Part shown: positions 35,552 to 45,479 of the stretch, in pieces
Numbering within the stretch: position 1 is the first letter of the stretch
Layout: every line of letters starts with the position of its first letter
Source of the DNA: an uncultured bacterium
Lineage (GTDB): Bacteria; Patescibacteriota; Minisyncoccia; Phycocordibacterales; JAACPR01
Assembly: GCA_937858275.1 (NCBI GenBank)
Contig: CALLZK010000024.1
Coordinates: 1,567 to 65,566, forward strand
Reading direction: 5' to 3'
DNA length: 64,000 bases
The notes under the pieces: generated by a model
What the model was told of the DNA's origin: nothing
The model's input: the letters and a program-made list of their open reading frames with translations, nothing else
Database searches by the model: none
Translations under genes and position numbers: made by a program

Positions 35552-37342
35552 TTATTGCAAAATCGCCTTGATTCTTCTTGTGCCAGATGAAACAGCTTCT
35601 TCTTTTATTATTTTGAATTGCCCCAATTCTTTTGTGTTTGAAACATGCGGACCACCGCAAAATTCTTTTGAGTAAGCAGTTTGTAGATCGTTGCCAATAT
35701 AATATATACTAACTTCATCTGGGTATTTTTGATCAAAAAAATGAAGAGCTCCCGTTTTTACGGCCAAATCTTTCGGTAATGTTATTGATTTAATTGGTAG
35801 GGCTTCTTTTATTTTATTATTTACAATTTCTTCTATTTTATTTTTTTGCTCATCTGATATTTTTTGATTATAAGAAAAATCAAATCTCAGTCTTTCAGAA
35901 TTTATATTACTACCTCTTTGACTAACATCAAGACCGCAGACATCTCTTAGTGCTTGATGAAGTAAGTGTGTTGCAGTGTGATATTTTTTTTCTATTTCAG
36001 TGTCACCAGACAAACCACCTTTAAATTTTTTATCGGAATTTGAACGGGATAATTTTTGATGTTCGGAAAAAAATTCTTTTGCTTTTTGCAAATCAAATGA
36101 TAAATTATTATTTTTTAATATTTCAGCGGTTATTTCCATTGGAAAACCATAATTTTGATATAAATCGAATATTACTTTTGGTTCGATTTGCTCTTTTGTT
36201 TCAATTATTTTGTTAAGTTTTTTGATACCATCTTTTAGAGTTTTTCTGAATTTTGATATTTCTTGATTTATTATTTCTTTTGTATTTGAAATGTTCAAAT
36301 TTGGATATATTTGGTTGTAATATTTGATTATAGAGTCAATAATCAAATCATATTTTTCAAAAGATATTTTGTCAGAATGAATAATCATTCTTCTAATTAA
36401 TTTTCTCAGTACATATCCCCGGTCGCTATTTGTTGGTATAACACCATCAGAAATCAAAAAACAAGATGCTTTGATGTGGTCGGCTATTATTTTTGCTGAA
36501 TAATCCAAATAATTTGATGAATTTTCTTTTATTATTTTTATAATTTCAGAAAAGGAGTCTATTTCGTAAACATTTTTTTTGTTATTTAAAATCACCGACA
36601 ATCTTTCAAGACCAGCTCCGGTATCTACAGCAAATTTTGATAATTTTTTTATTATTTTTCCATTATCTTTTTCGTATTGCATGAAAACATCATTCCAAAT
36701 TTCTACAATTTTTTGTTCTTCATCAGCCAAATCAAATTGCTCTTTTGTTAAGTCTCCCAATGTTCCGGTTACATCATAAAACATTTCTGTGCAGGGGCCT
36801 GTGGGACCTGTCCATGTATCTGTTTTGGAATTTTTTACTGCTGGCCACCAATTAGAATCGGCTCCTTTAAAATAAATTCTATTTTCTGGTAGAAAATTTT
36901 TCCAAATTTCAAATGATTCGGTGTCTTTTGGAGAATTTTCATCTCCAGCAAAAACTGTGACATACAATCTATTTTTATCCAAACCAAGCCCTTCTTTGGA
37001 ATCAGTCAAAAATTCAAAACTCCACTTTATTGCTTCTTTTTTAAAATAATCACCAATAGACCAATTACCTAACATTTCAAAAAAAGTTAAATGTGTATTA
37101 TCGCCGACCTCTTCAATATCTACTGTTCTAATGCATTTTTGAGCACTGGCCAATTTTGTGTTTGGGGCAATTTCTGTTCCCAAGATAAAAGGAATTATTG
37201 GTTGCACACCAGCATTAACAAATAATGTTGAATTTATTTGATTATTTTGATCTTTGGTTATAACTGATGCTGAATCAATAATTGAATGATTTCTTTGTTT
37301 AAAAAAATTTAAAAATTTTTCTCTTATCTCTCTTGAGTCCAT
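35552..37342 (-). CDS. alaS: alanyl-tRNA synthetase, short form (596 aa)
   Basis: Catalytic core 'TLFVNAGVQP', 'GNWSIGDYF', and an editing-domain 'HTATHLLHQAL', but it ends about 270 aa earlier than canonical AlaRS. Confidence 0.85.
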   Translation of the reverse strand: MDSREIREKFLNFFKQRNHSIIDSASVITKDQNNQINSTLFVNAGVQPIIPFILGTEIAPNTKLASAQKCIRTVDIEEVGDNTHLTFFEMLGNWSIGDYFKKEAIKWSFEFLTDSKEGLGLDKNRLYVTVFAGDENSPKDTESFEIWKNFLPENRIYFKGADSNWWPAVKNSKTDTWTGPTGPCTEMFYDVTGTLGDLTKEQFDLADEEQKIVEIWNDVFMQYEKDNGKIIKKLSKFAVDTGAGLERLSVILNNKKNVYEIDSFSEIIKIIKENSSNYLDYSAKIIADHIKASCFLISDGVIPTNSDRGYVLRKLIRRMIIHSDKISFEKYDLIIDSIIKYYNQIYPNLNISNTKEIINQEISKFRKTLKDGIKKLNKIIETKEQIEPKVIFDLYQNYGFPMEITAEILKNNNLSFDLQKAKEFFSEHQKLSRSNSDKKFKGGLSGDTEIEKKYHTATHLLHQALRDVCGLDVSQRGSNINSERLRFDFSYNQKISDEQKNKIEEIVNNKIKEALPIKSITLPKDLAVKTGALHFFDQKYPDEVSIYYIGNDLQTAYSKEFCGGPHVSNTKELGQFKIIKEEAVSSGTRRIKAILQ

Positions 37343-37362
37343 ATTTTTTATATATTACTTTA

Positions 37363-38064
37363 CTACTTAAAATTGAGCAAATCTAAATCTTTTTCAGGAT
37401 ATATTTCGGTTGATTCTATTAATTCGTACAAATTTCCCTTTTCTGGATAATCCCAACTTATCAAATCCAAATTGGCACATTTGGCATATTTTTTGGCATT
37501 TTCGGTAAATTTTGTATTCGTAATAAGTAAACCATTTGTCATTTTTCTTTTTTTACCCTCAATTAAAAATTCTTGTTCGGACAAATCATCGAATCTAGCT
37601 TTTATGTATAAGGTAACTTTTGTATCTGTTTTGGTGTTTATTTCATTATGATATTTTGCCTCAATTAAAAGTAAATCATCAATATCATATGCCAAAACAT
37701 CTATTTCATGCTCAATACATTTGCCCACAAGCATAATTCCTGTTTGGGTTTTGTACCCTTTGGCATTCATTATTTTTGCTATATATTTTTCAAAAGGAAA
37801 ACCAGTTGGACCAAGTTCTGATAGTTTTCTTCGAATTGAGTATCTAAGGGCGGTTTTTTTTGATTTTTGATTTAAAATTTCATAAGCCCTTTTATATATT
37901 TTTGAAGTTTCAATGCCGTTTTTTAATTCAGATTCGATTTTATCTGAAATTTCATTTGCCAAAATAGAAGATGCTCCAGATTTTTTTAGTGAATTTCTAA
38001 GTTTTTCTCTATTAAATAATTCCAGTTGGCCGTTAGATTTTAGTATTTTTATATTGTCAGACAT
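37363..38064 (-). CDS. ATP-cone domain fused to Mrr-like (PD-(D/E)xK) restriction-endonuclease catalytic domain
   Basis: N-terminal 'IKILKSNGQLELFNREKL..' is ATP-cone. C-terminal 'EHEIDVLAYD...IEAKYH...LLITNTKFTENAKKYAK..LDLISWD' fits the Mrr_cat pattern. Confidence 0.6.
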   Translation of the reverse strand: MSDNIKILKSNGQLELFNREKLRNSLKKSGASSILANEISDKIESELKNGIETSKIYKRAYEILNQKSKKTALRYSIRRKLSELGPTGFPFEKYIAKIMNAKGYKTQTGIMLVGKCIEHEIDVLAYDIDDLLLIEAKYHNEINTKTDTKVTLYIKARFDDLSEQEFLIEGKKRKMTNGLLITNTKFTENAKKYAKCANLDLISWDYPEKGNLYELIESTEIYPEKDLDLLNFK

Positions 38065-38065
38065 T

Positions 38066-38539
38066 TTAACCTTTTATGTATATATCCACCTCGTTTATAT
38101 TTTCATCTTCACCAATTTCAAAAACATTTAATCTGACAATTTGATTGTTAATTGTGGCTATTATGTTTTCATCCAAATCACCATCAAAAGAAATTTTGAA
38201 ATTTCTTGAATCTATAACCTGAATACAAACATTATCAGAATCTGGTTGTGAATAAGTAATAGCTATTTCTGTCAGATTATCTTTTTTTATAACTTCAACA
38301 TTGTGCAAGTAGCAGGGATTTGGCACCTCAAAAGAACCGGCTACTGTGTACTTGCCGTTTTTGTATTGCTGTTTTATGTTTAATGTTTCAGACGGGGTTT
38401 GAATCAAATCTTCTATTGCCTTTTGTCTGTCATTTGAATATTGTTCTGTTTTATTATTTTTATAATAGACATAGATAGAGGATGCTAAAAAGAATAATAC
38501 AATTGCTGCTAAAATTGAAAATGATGTTTTTTTGTTCAT
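38066..38539 (-). CDS. secreted or anchored small protein, function unknown
   Basis: Signal anchor 'FSILAAIVLFFLASSIYVYY', and 2 Cys. Confidence 0.45.
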   Translation of the reverse strand: MNKKTSFSILAAIVLFFLASSIYVYYKNNKTEQYSNDRQKAIEDLIQTPSETLNIKQQYKNGKYTVAGSFEVPNPCYLHNVEVIKKDNLTEIAITYSQPDSDNVCIQVIDSRNFKISFDGDLDENIIATINNQIVRLNVFEIGEDENINEVDIYIKG

Positions 38540-38557
38540 AATGTTTAATTATATCAA

Positions 38558-39616
38558 CTAATTTATTATACCGCCACCAAGACAAATATCCCCATCATAA
38601 AAAACCGCTGACTGACCCGAGGTCGGCACTTCTTCATTTGCATTATTTTCAAGTTCTATATTATTTTCAAAATCTCCACCAATTATTTTAAATAATTGTG
38701 TTTTTTGTCTATATCGGAAAACAGCTTCTATATTTTTTAATTTTGACAATGGTTTATTTATAAAATTTAAATTTGTAATCAAAATTCTTTCTTTACTAGC
38801 ATCATTTTTTTCTTCGGCAACAATCAAAATATTTTTTGAAATATCCTTATCAATAACATAAAACGGTTTGTCTGTTGTTTTTTTATGAAAAATATCAAAA
38901 TTATGTCTTTCACCAATGGTATAAAATATTGCTCCTTCGTGTTTTCCAATTACATTACCTTTTTTATCGACAACATTTCCGGGATTGATTTCTATATAAT
39001 TTTTTAAAAAATTTTTCATATCAACATGCCCAATGAAACAAAGTCCCTGACTGTCTTTTTTATCCGCAGTAAATAAGTTCGCTTTTCCGGCAATTTTTCT
39101 GACATCTTTTTTGTTTAAATGACCAATTGGAAAAAGAACTCTTTTTAATATATCCTGATTCAAATTCCATAAAAAATAAGTTTGATCTTTTTGTTGATCG
39201 ATTGATTTTTTTAAATAAAATTTTTCATCAGAATTTTTATAATTTTGAGCATAGTGACCAGTTGCAATAAAATCAGCATTATTTTGAATTGCAAAATTTA
39301 AAAAAGATTTGAATTTTATTTCTTTGTTACACATTACATCCGGATTTGGAGTTCTGCCGTTTTTATATTCTTCAATCATATAATCAAAAACACCCAATTT
39401 GTATTCTTTTTCTAAATCACAAAGTAAAAATGGTATTTTCAATCTGGCACAAACTTTCATTGCATCTCTCATTTCTGCCCTCCAATTACATGCAACAAAT
39501 TCTGGATACCAAACCTTAATAAAGACACCAACAACATTATATCCCTGTTTTTTTAACAAATAAGCCGAAACGGAGCTATCAACTCCTCCAGATAATCCGA
39601 CAAATACTTTTTTCAT
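38558..39616 (-). CDS. mnmA: tRNA-specific 2-thiouridylase MnmA
   Basis: PP-loop 'VFVGLSGGVDSSVSAYLL'. Catalytic Cys in 'QGLCFIG'. Confidence 0.9.
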   Translation of the reverse strand: MKKVFVGLSGGVDSSVSAYLLKKQGYNVVGVFIKVWYPEFVACNWRAEMRDAMKVCARLKIPFLLCDLEKEYKLGVFDYMIEEYKNGRTPNPDVMCNKEIKFKSFLNFAIQNNADFIATGHYAQNYKNSDEKFYLKKSIDQQKDQTYFLWNLNQDILKRVLFPIGHLNKKDVRKIAGKANLFTADKKDSQGLCFIGHVDMKNFLKNYIEINPGNVVDKKGNVIGKHEGAIFYTIGERHNFDIFHKKTTDKPFYVIDKDISKNILIVAEEKNDASKERILITNLNFINKPLSKLKNIEAVFRYRQKTQLFKIIGGDFENNIELENNANEEVPTSGQSAVFYDGDICLGGGIIN

Positions 39617-39643
39617 AATTTAATTTATAGCAGAATTTTATTT

Positions 39644-40639
39644 TTAATCCAAATACAAAAATCTATTTCTTCTATGCCCATCCAAATCGGTCGCAAAGTA
39701 CATTTTACCATCTCTACCAGTTAAAAAAAATAAATTTTTTGTTTTTCTTGGATTTGCAGCAGCCAAGATAGATTTTATTCCGGGATTACCAATAGGGGTT
39801 GGTATTAAGCCGGTATTTCTATAGGTGTTGTAAGGATGATTATCTTCTAAATCACTCATTGTCAAATCAAATGTGCTTTTTCCTATGTAATAAACAAAAG
39901 GAGCATCAACCTGTAAGGGCATTCCTATTTCTATTCTGTGCCATAAAATATCTGATACCTCTTGAAATGTTTCTGCGGTAGCTTCTTTTTCTATAATAGA
40001 AGCCATTATTATAATTTCTTCCAAGCTGTATTTTGAATTATTTATAATATTTTGATTTTCCCCAATCTTTCTTTCAAAATTTTTATTAAAAACATCCAAA
40101 ATATTTTCTGCAGTAGTATTTATTTTAAAATCGTAAGTGTCTGGAAATAAATAACCTTCTTTATCTTTTGCCAAATTCAAAAAGTTTTGATAATCAAAAT
40201 CCGGTATTTTATTTTTTATCTCTTGAGCAATTTGATTGACGGTAATACCTTCAAAAAAAGTAATTCTAACTACCGGCATTCTGTATTCACCAGTATCAAG
40301 TCTTTGAACAATTGACAAAAGATTTTCTGGACGATTAAAAATATAATCACCGCTAATGATTTTTTTATTTCTAATAGCAATAATTATATTAAAAAAGTTT
40401 TCTGATCTAATTAAATTATTTTCTTTTAAAATTGATGCGGTCTTTCTTGTAGATTGACCCCTTTCTATGTTTATTTTAATTTCTTGATTTTCAAAAGTTA
40501 GATTTGTTGGTGGTTTTATAAAATAAAAAAACCAAAGAGTTATCGAGATTGAAATAGCTAAAAAAAACAAAATAATATTATTGATTTTTTTTAAATAAGA
40601 ATTTGATATTTTACTTGTGAAATTATTGTTCTCTGACAT
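39644..40639 (-). CDS. mltG: endolytic murein transglycosylase MltG (YceG-like)
   Basis: N-terminal TM, 'MASIIEKEA', and the YceG pattern. Confidence 0.8.
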   Translation of the reverse strand: MSENNNFTSKISNSYLKKINNIILFFLAISISITLWFFYFIKPPTNLTFENQEIKINIERGQSTRKTASILKENNLIRSENFFNIIIAIRNKKIISGDYIFNRPENLLSIVQRLDTGEYRMPVVRITFFEGITVNQIAQEIKNKIPDFDYQNFLNLAKDKEGYLFPDTYDFKINTTAENILDVFNKNFERKIGENQNIINNSKYSLEEIIIMASIIEKEATAETFQEVSDILWHRIEIGMPLQVDAPFVYYIGKSTFDLTMSDLEDNHPYNTYRNTGLIPTPIGNPGIKSILAAANPRKTKNLFFLTGRDGKMYFATDLDGHRRNRFLYLD

Positions 40640-40656
40640 TTAAAATTTTATTTATA

Positions 40657-41880
40657 TTAAATAGGTAAATCTGCTGGTGCCTCGCTTTTTTTGGAGTGAA
40701 CTCTTTGTAGTGATGGTGTATGAGACACACTTCCTGGAAAATGATAAATTGTCGCTAATTCCTCACTATTTAAAATAAAATGTTTTCTTTTTCTGCCAAA
40801 AAATGGTCTGAAAAAATAACCCCTTTCTCTATAAGCTTCAAAAATTTCTTGTTTGATCGCTTTTAATTTGTTTCCTGTAGGATCTTCCCACCAATAATCA
40901 AAACCTGTTTTGATTCCGGGCTTGAAACCATTTAATTCACTTGAGCTATATTGTTTAAATCCTCCAGCCAAACCGGCAATATTTACAGGATCAAAAACAT
41001 CTTTTTCTGCAACATACATACCTCGAATACCAACATCAAATGGTAATTTTGAAATGCTTCTTTCTATTGCATTTATTTTATCGATTTGACCTTTTGTGGC
41101 TAAAGGAACCTTTGTTGTACCTTCCCCAGCTTCAACCTCCACCATTGAATCTTCTCGTATCTTTTTAATTAGATCTTTTGCATCATCTTTCCACTTATCT
41201 GTTAAACCAAACCATTTTGTTGGATCCTTATCTTCTTTCTTGTGTGATCTAACTATTATTTGAAGCCACACGAATTCTCCCTGCTTTATTGAGCCCATAA
41301 ATTCCAACATTGGAGTTATTGGATCAGTTTTTTCTTCTTCTTCTGATGCTTTATCCAAACCATAATCGACATAAGTTTTTATTGGAACAGGATCTGGTGC
41401 CGTTAATTCAAATTCTGTAGCCCAAATAGAATAATCGGAATCATTATAATCAACATTTTTTGTATAATCTTCAACTTCAAAAACTTCAATTCCTGGATAT
41501 TGAGCATAAATTTGTGATTGAAGATATCCAACCATATTTTTTCTGGTCCAAACATAAAATCCAACATCTCCACCGTTTGAGGCGATTTCTAATGAAAACC
41601 AAGGTCTGACTTTTCCTTTCCAGTATTTGTCTATCGGTGTTGCTTCTCCCACTGTTTGAGAAAGTGCATTCATAAATAACTCCATAGACAGAGGTGTTTT
41701 GAATATGTCCATTGGTGGAACAATTCTAAGTATTTTGTATTCCTGATCTGCTAAAAATCTATTTCTGGCATAATTTATCCACATATTGACTAATATAACA
41801 GTCAAAATAATTGGTAAAAATATAGGCAAAATCAAAATCAAAAATTCTATTAATCTTTGTATTATATCAAAACTGTTCAT
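40657..41880 (-). CDS. membrane-anchored 407-aa protein, function unknown
   Basis: N-terminal TM 'LIEFLILILPIFLPIILTVILV' and a large acidic domain. No family assigned. Confidence 0.45.
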   Translation of the reverse strand: MNSFDIIQRLIEFLILILPIFLPIILTVILVNMWINYARNRFLADQEYKILRIVPPMDIFKTPLSMELFMNALSQTVGEATPIDKYWKGKVRPWFSLEIASNGGDVGFYVWTRKNMVGYLQSQIYAQYPGIEVFEVEDYTKNVDYNDSDYSIWATEFELTAPDPVPIKTYVDYGLDKASEEEEKTDPITPMLEFMGSIKQGEFVWLQIIVRSHKKEDKDPTKWFGLTDKWKDDAKDLIKKIREDSMVEVEAGEGTTKVPLATKGQIDKINAIERSISKLPFDVGIRGMYVAEKDVFDPVNIAGLAGGFKQYSSSELNGFKPGIKTGFDYWWEDPTGNKLKAIKQEIFEAYRERGYFFRPFFGRKRKHFILNSEELATIYHFPGSVSHTPSLQRVHSKKSEAPADLPI

Positions 41881-41932
41881 TTGAAAAAATTATAACATTT
41901 TAATATAAAAAACAAAATATTTTTGAATTATA

Positions 41933-42964
41933 TTAGACTACTAGTGTGTATTTTCCGCTTTTGTCTTTTTTGAAATGAGATTGATTTTGTAGATTTACCA
42001 AAACCGTATTATCTTTTACATATCTTTCTTTTAAAACCTTTTCAATTATTTCTTCTTTTGTTAGTGGACCGTGTTTTTGTAAAATATTTTTTATAACATC
42101 TCGAACAACACCCGGAGAATATCCCCACTCAGTTAATGCATAAAGTCCTCTGCCAACCAAAACAAATCGCTCATCTTTAATTAATTCATTATGGCATGTT
42201 GCGACATGTGCTTTTCTATTAAAAACTTTCGATATTTGATCGGCTAATTCTTTGAAGTGAATTGGTGAGCCGTGTTTTCTAATTACCAAAAAAGCATAAT
42301 CTCTAATTCCTTTAACATTTATATTTGGTGATTCTATTTTTCCCCATTCTCCAAGAGGATTTTGGGCAATTTTTTTTGAAATTCTCAACCATCTTTTTAC
42401 AACCTCTTCTCTTTTATATTTTTCAGATATTTCCTGGACATGATTTAGAAAAGATTTTATCAATTCTGATTCGGGTATTATGTCGTCATCTTTTAAATTG
42501 GAGTAGATTTTTTTTATGGATTCTTCTATTGATGAAGCCAAGTTTGTATTTACAGACCATCTATGATTAAAATGATCGTCTTCTTTTAATTTTACAAAAT
42601 GATCACCTATAACTAATAGAAAATGTATATGATTTCGAATGGTTTCATTTAATGATAAATGATTTAATAAATCCTCTTCGGAAACTACACCACCAAGATC
42701 ATCTATTACACCTTTTAATTCTTCAAAAACAGGAATAGTTTCGTTATATGCATCAGATTTTCTAATAGAAGAAAGAGAGTGCTCTTCTATTTGTCTAACT
42801 CGTTCACGAGTTATGTTGTATTCTTTTCCGATTGATTCCAAGGTTAATCTATCGGTATTTTTTGAAAGTCCATATCTTTTTAACAAAACATCTTTTGATC
42901 TCTGTGATAATCCAGAAATTAATTTTTTTGTCACTTCTTTTGGTTGAAAACTAAGTTTTATCAT
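41933..42964 (-). CDS. DNA-binding protein with N-terminal sigma-70 region-4-like HTH and C-terminal HARE-HTH-like domain
   Basis: 'LTLESIGKEYNITRERVRQIEEHSL' (sigma region 4) and 'HFKELADQI...FVLVGRGLYALTEWGYSP' (HARE-HTH-like). Confidence 0.55.
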   Translation of the reverse strand: MIKLSFQPKEVTKKLISGLSQRSKDVLLKRYGLSKNTDRLTLESIGKEYNITRERVRQIEEHSLSSIRKSDAYNETIPVFEELKGVIDDLGGVVSEEDLLNHLSLNETIRNHIHFLLVIGDHFVKLKEDDHFNHRWSVNTNLASSIEESIKKIYSNLKDDDIIPESELIKSFLNHVQEISEKYKREEVVKRWLRISKKIAQNPLGEWGKIESPNINVKGIRDYAFLVIRKHGSPIHFKELADQISKVFNRKAHVATCHNELIKDERFVLVGRGLYALTEWGYSPGVVRDVIKNILQKHGPLTKEEIIEKVLKERYVKDNTVLVNLQNQSHFKKDKSGKYTLVV

Positions 42965-43064
42965 ATTTTTTATAAAATTTTTTTTTAATAAAATAACGAA
43001 TATCTATTTAAACTTTAAATAGAGTAGCATTTGCTTATAATCTTGTCAAGGTGTGGTTTTTTGA

Positions 43065-45464
43065 CTAAATTGCGACGATATTTACTATCTTACCTTTTAT
43101 GTAAATGAACTTTTTAATTTCTTTATTTTCAATCCATTTTTGAACTTCTTTTTTTTCTAAAGCCCTATTTTTTATGATTTCTTCTTCTTCGTCAATTTTA
43201 ATTTCAATTTCCGCCCTAACTTTTCCATTAATTTGAATAGCAATTGTTATATTTTGAATCTCAACCATAGAAGCATCGTATTTTGGCCAAACTTGATCAA
43301 AAATTGAGTTTTTATTACCCAATTTCTGCCAAATTTCTTCGCAAAGATGTGGAGCAAAATTTGATAAAATTACAATAAATTTTGAAAAATCTTCTTTTGA
43401 AATTTTGTTTTTGTCAACGACATTTGCAAAAGACATCATTTGGGCAACAATAGTATTTAATTTTAAATTACCAAAATCTTTTTCGGTTTTTTGAATCAAT
43501 TTATTAATTTCAATCAAAACTTCATCTGAAGAATTTTCAGCAATATTGTTTTGGGATATTCTCCAAACTTTTTCCAAAAACCTACGAACCCCAACAACAC
43601 CGTTTGTATCCCATGGATATGAACCGGCTTCATTGTATGGACCAATAAATGCAAGATATGTTCTGACGGTGTCTGATCCTAATTTTTCAACAATTAAATC
43701 GGGATTGATTACATTTCCTTTTGATTTACTCATTTTATTACCATCTGTACCAAGTATTATCCCCCTATTTAATCTTTTAAGATATGGTTCATCATCAAAA
43801 ACAAGACCAATATCTTTTAGGAATTTATAAAAAAATCTAGAATATAAAAGGTGCAATGTGGTATGTTCGGCACCGCCAGAATAAAAACTGATTGGCATCC
43901 ATTTTTTTAATAATTGAGAATCACATAAATTTTCATCGTTATGTGGATCTAAATATCTTAGATAATACCAAGAAGAATCAATAAAAGTGTCTAATGTTTC
44001 TATTTCCGGTGTCCAGCCTTTTCCGAATTCTTTTTCAGTTCTTTCTTTTAATTCTTTTGATTTTGCCAAAGGAGGAACTCCGGTTGGGGTATGATCAACA
44101 TCTTCTGGCAATAACCAAGGAAGTTTTTCTTTTGGAATTGGGTGAGGATTTCCTTTAGGATCATAGACAACCGGAACAGGACAACCCCAATATCTTTGAC
44201 GACCAACAGACCAATCTCTTAGACGATATGTTTTTTTGAATTCCCCACTAACTTTTGGAAGTATTTTTTTGATAGCATCATCTGAATCTAATCCATTAAA
44301 TTCTTGTGAATTAGTTAAAACACCCTTTTCTGTAAAACAATCATTTTGTTCTGTGGAATTTTTTGATTGAATTACTTTTTTGATGGGTAAATTAAATTTT
44401 TGAGCAAATTCAAAATCCCTTTGGTCGTGTGCGGGAACAGCCATCACGGCTCCTGTTCCATAATTTGCCAAAACATAGTCTGCGACAAAAATAGGAATTT
44501 CTTCTTTGTTTATTGGATTAATTGCAAAAACACCATCAATTAAAATACCGGTTTTTTCTTTTTGCAAAGAAGATCTTTCTATTTCATTTTTTTGTTTTGA
44601 TTTTTCTATGTATGAAATTATTTCAGATTTGTTTTTTGAGTTATTGATCAGTTCTTCTATCAAATTATGTTCTGGGGCTAAAACCACATAACTAACACCA
44701 AAGATTGTGTCTAGTCTGGTTGTAAAAACTTTTATTTTGTGTGAGAAATTTTTTATATCAAATTCAAATTCAACACCCTCATTTCTGCCGATCCAGTTTT
44801 TTTGCATTTCTTTAATTTCTTTTGGCCAATTTAAATTATCAAGATCATCAAATAATATATCTGCATAATCTGTTATTTTTATAAACCATTGTTCAATTTC
44901 TTTTTTTTCAACTTTGGCACCAGATCTTTCAGCGGTTCCGTCTGGCAAAACTTGTTCATTAGCTAAAACTGTTTTGTCGATCGGATCCCAATTAACAGTA
45001 GCTTTTTTCTTGTATGCCAAGCCCCTCTCAAACATTTTTGTAAAAATCCACTGTGTCCATTTGTAATATTCTGGATCTGAAGTTACGACTTTTCTATCCC
45101 AATCAAAAGATGCACCCATGGAAATCATTTGCTTGGTCATTGAATCTATATTTGAGTAAGTCCATGTTTTTGGATTTAATTTTCTTTTTATGGCAGCATT
45201 TTCGGCCGGCAAACCAAAAGAATCAAATCCTATTGGAAATAAAACATTTTTGTTATTAAATCTTTTGAATTTGGCATAAATATCAGTTACCGAAAAAGCA
45301 TACCAGTGGCCAACATGCAAATCTCCAGATGGATATGGAAATTCGACAAGAATATATTCGTTTTCTTTACCAGAAACCTCGTTTTGTGTTTTGAAAACTT
45401 TATTTTCTTGCCAAAATTTTTGCCATTTTTGCTCTATTTCTTTGTGATTATAAGAATCTTTCAT
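43065..45464 (-). CDS. leuS: leucyl-tRNA synthetase
   Basis: 'PYPSGDLHVGHWYAF' (HIGH) and 'KMSKSKGN'. Confidence 0.95.
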   Translation of the reverse strand: MKDSYNHKEIEQKWQKFWQENKVFKTQNEVSGKENEYILVEFPYPSGDLHVGHWYAFSVTDIYAKFKRFNNKNVLFPIGFDSFGLPAENAAIKRKLNPKTWTYSNIDSMTKQMISMGASFDWDRKVVTSDPEYYKWTQWIFTKMFERGLAYKKKATVNWDPIDKTVLANEQVLPDGTAERSGAKVEKKEIEQWFIKITDYADILFDDLDNLNWPKEIKEMQKNWIGRNEGVEFEFDIKNFSHKIKVFTTRLDTIFGVSYVVLAPEHNLIEELINNSKNKSEIISYIEKSKQKNEIERSSLQKEKTGILIDGVFAINPINKEEIPIFVADYVLANYGTGAVMAVPAHDQRDFEFAQKFNLPIKKVIQSKNSTEQNDCFTEKGVLTNSQEFNGLDSDDAIKKILPKVSGEFKKTYRLRDWSVGRQRYWGCPVPVVYDPKGNPHPIPKEKLPWLLPEDVDHTPTGVPPLAKSKELKERTEKEFGKGWTPEIETLDTFIDSSWYYLRYLDPHNDENLCDSQLLKKWMPISFYSGGAEHTTLHLLYSRFFYKFLKDIGLVFDDEPYLKRLNRGIILGTDGNKMSKSKGNVINPDLIVEKLGSDTVRTYLAFIGPYNEAGSYPWDTNGVVGVRRFLEKVWRISQNNIAENSSDEVLIEINKLIQKTEKDFGNLKLNTIVAQMMSFANVVDKNKISKEDFSKFIVILSNFAPHLCEEIWQKLGNKNSIFDQVWPKYDASMVEIQNITIAIQINGKVRAEIEIKIDEEEEIIKNRALEKKEVQKWIENKEIKKFIYIKGKIVNIVAI

Positions 45465-45479
45465 TTGAATAATATAATA

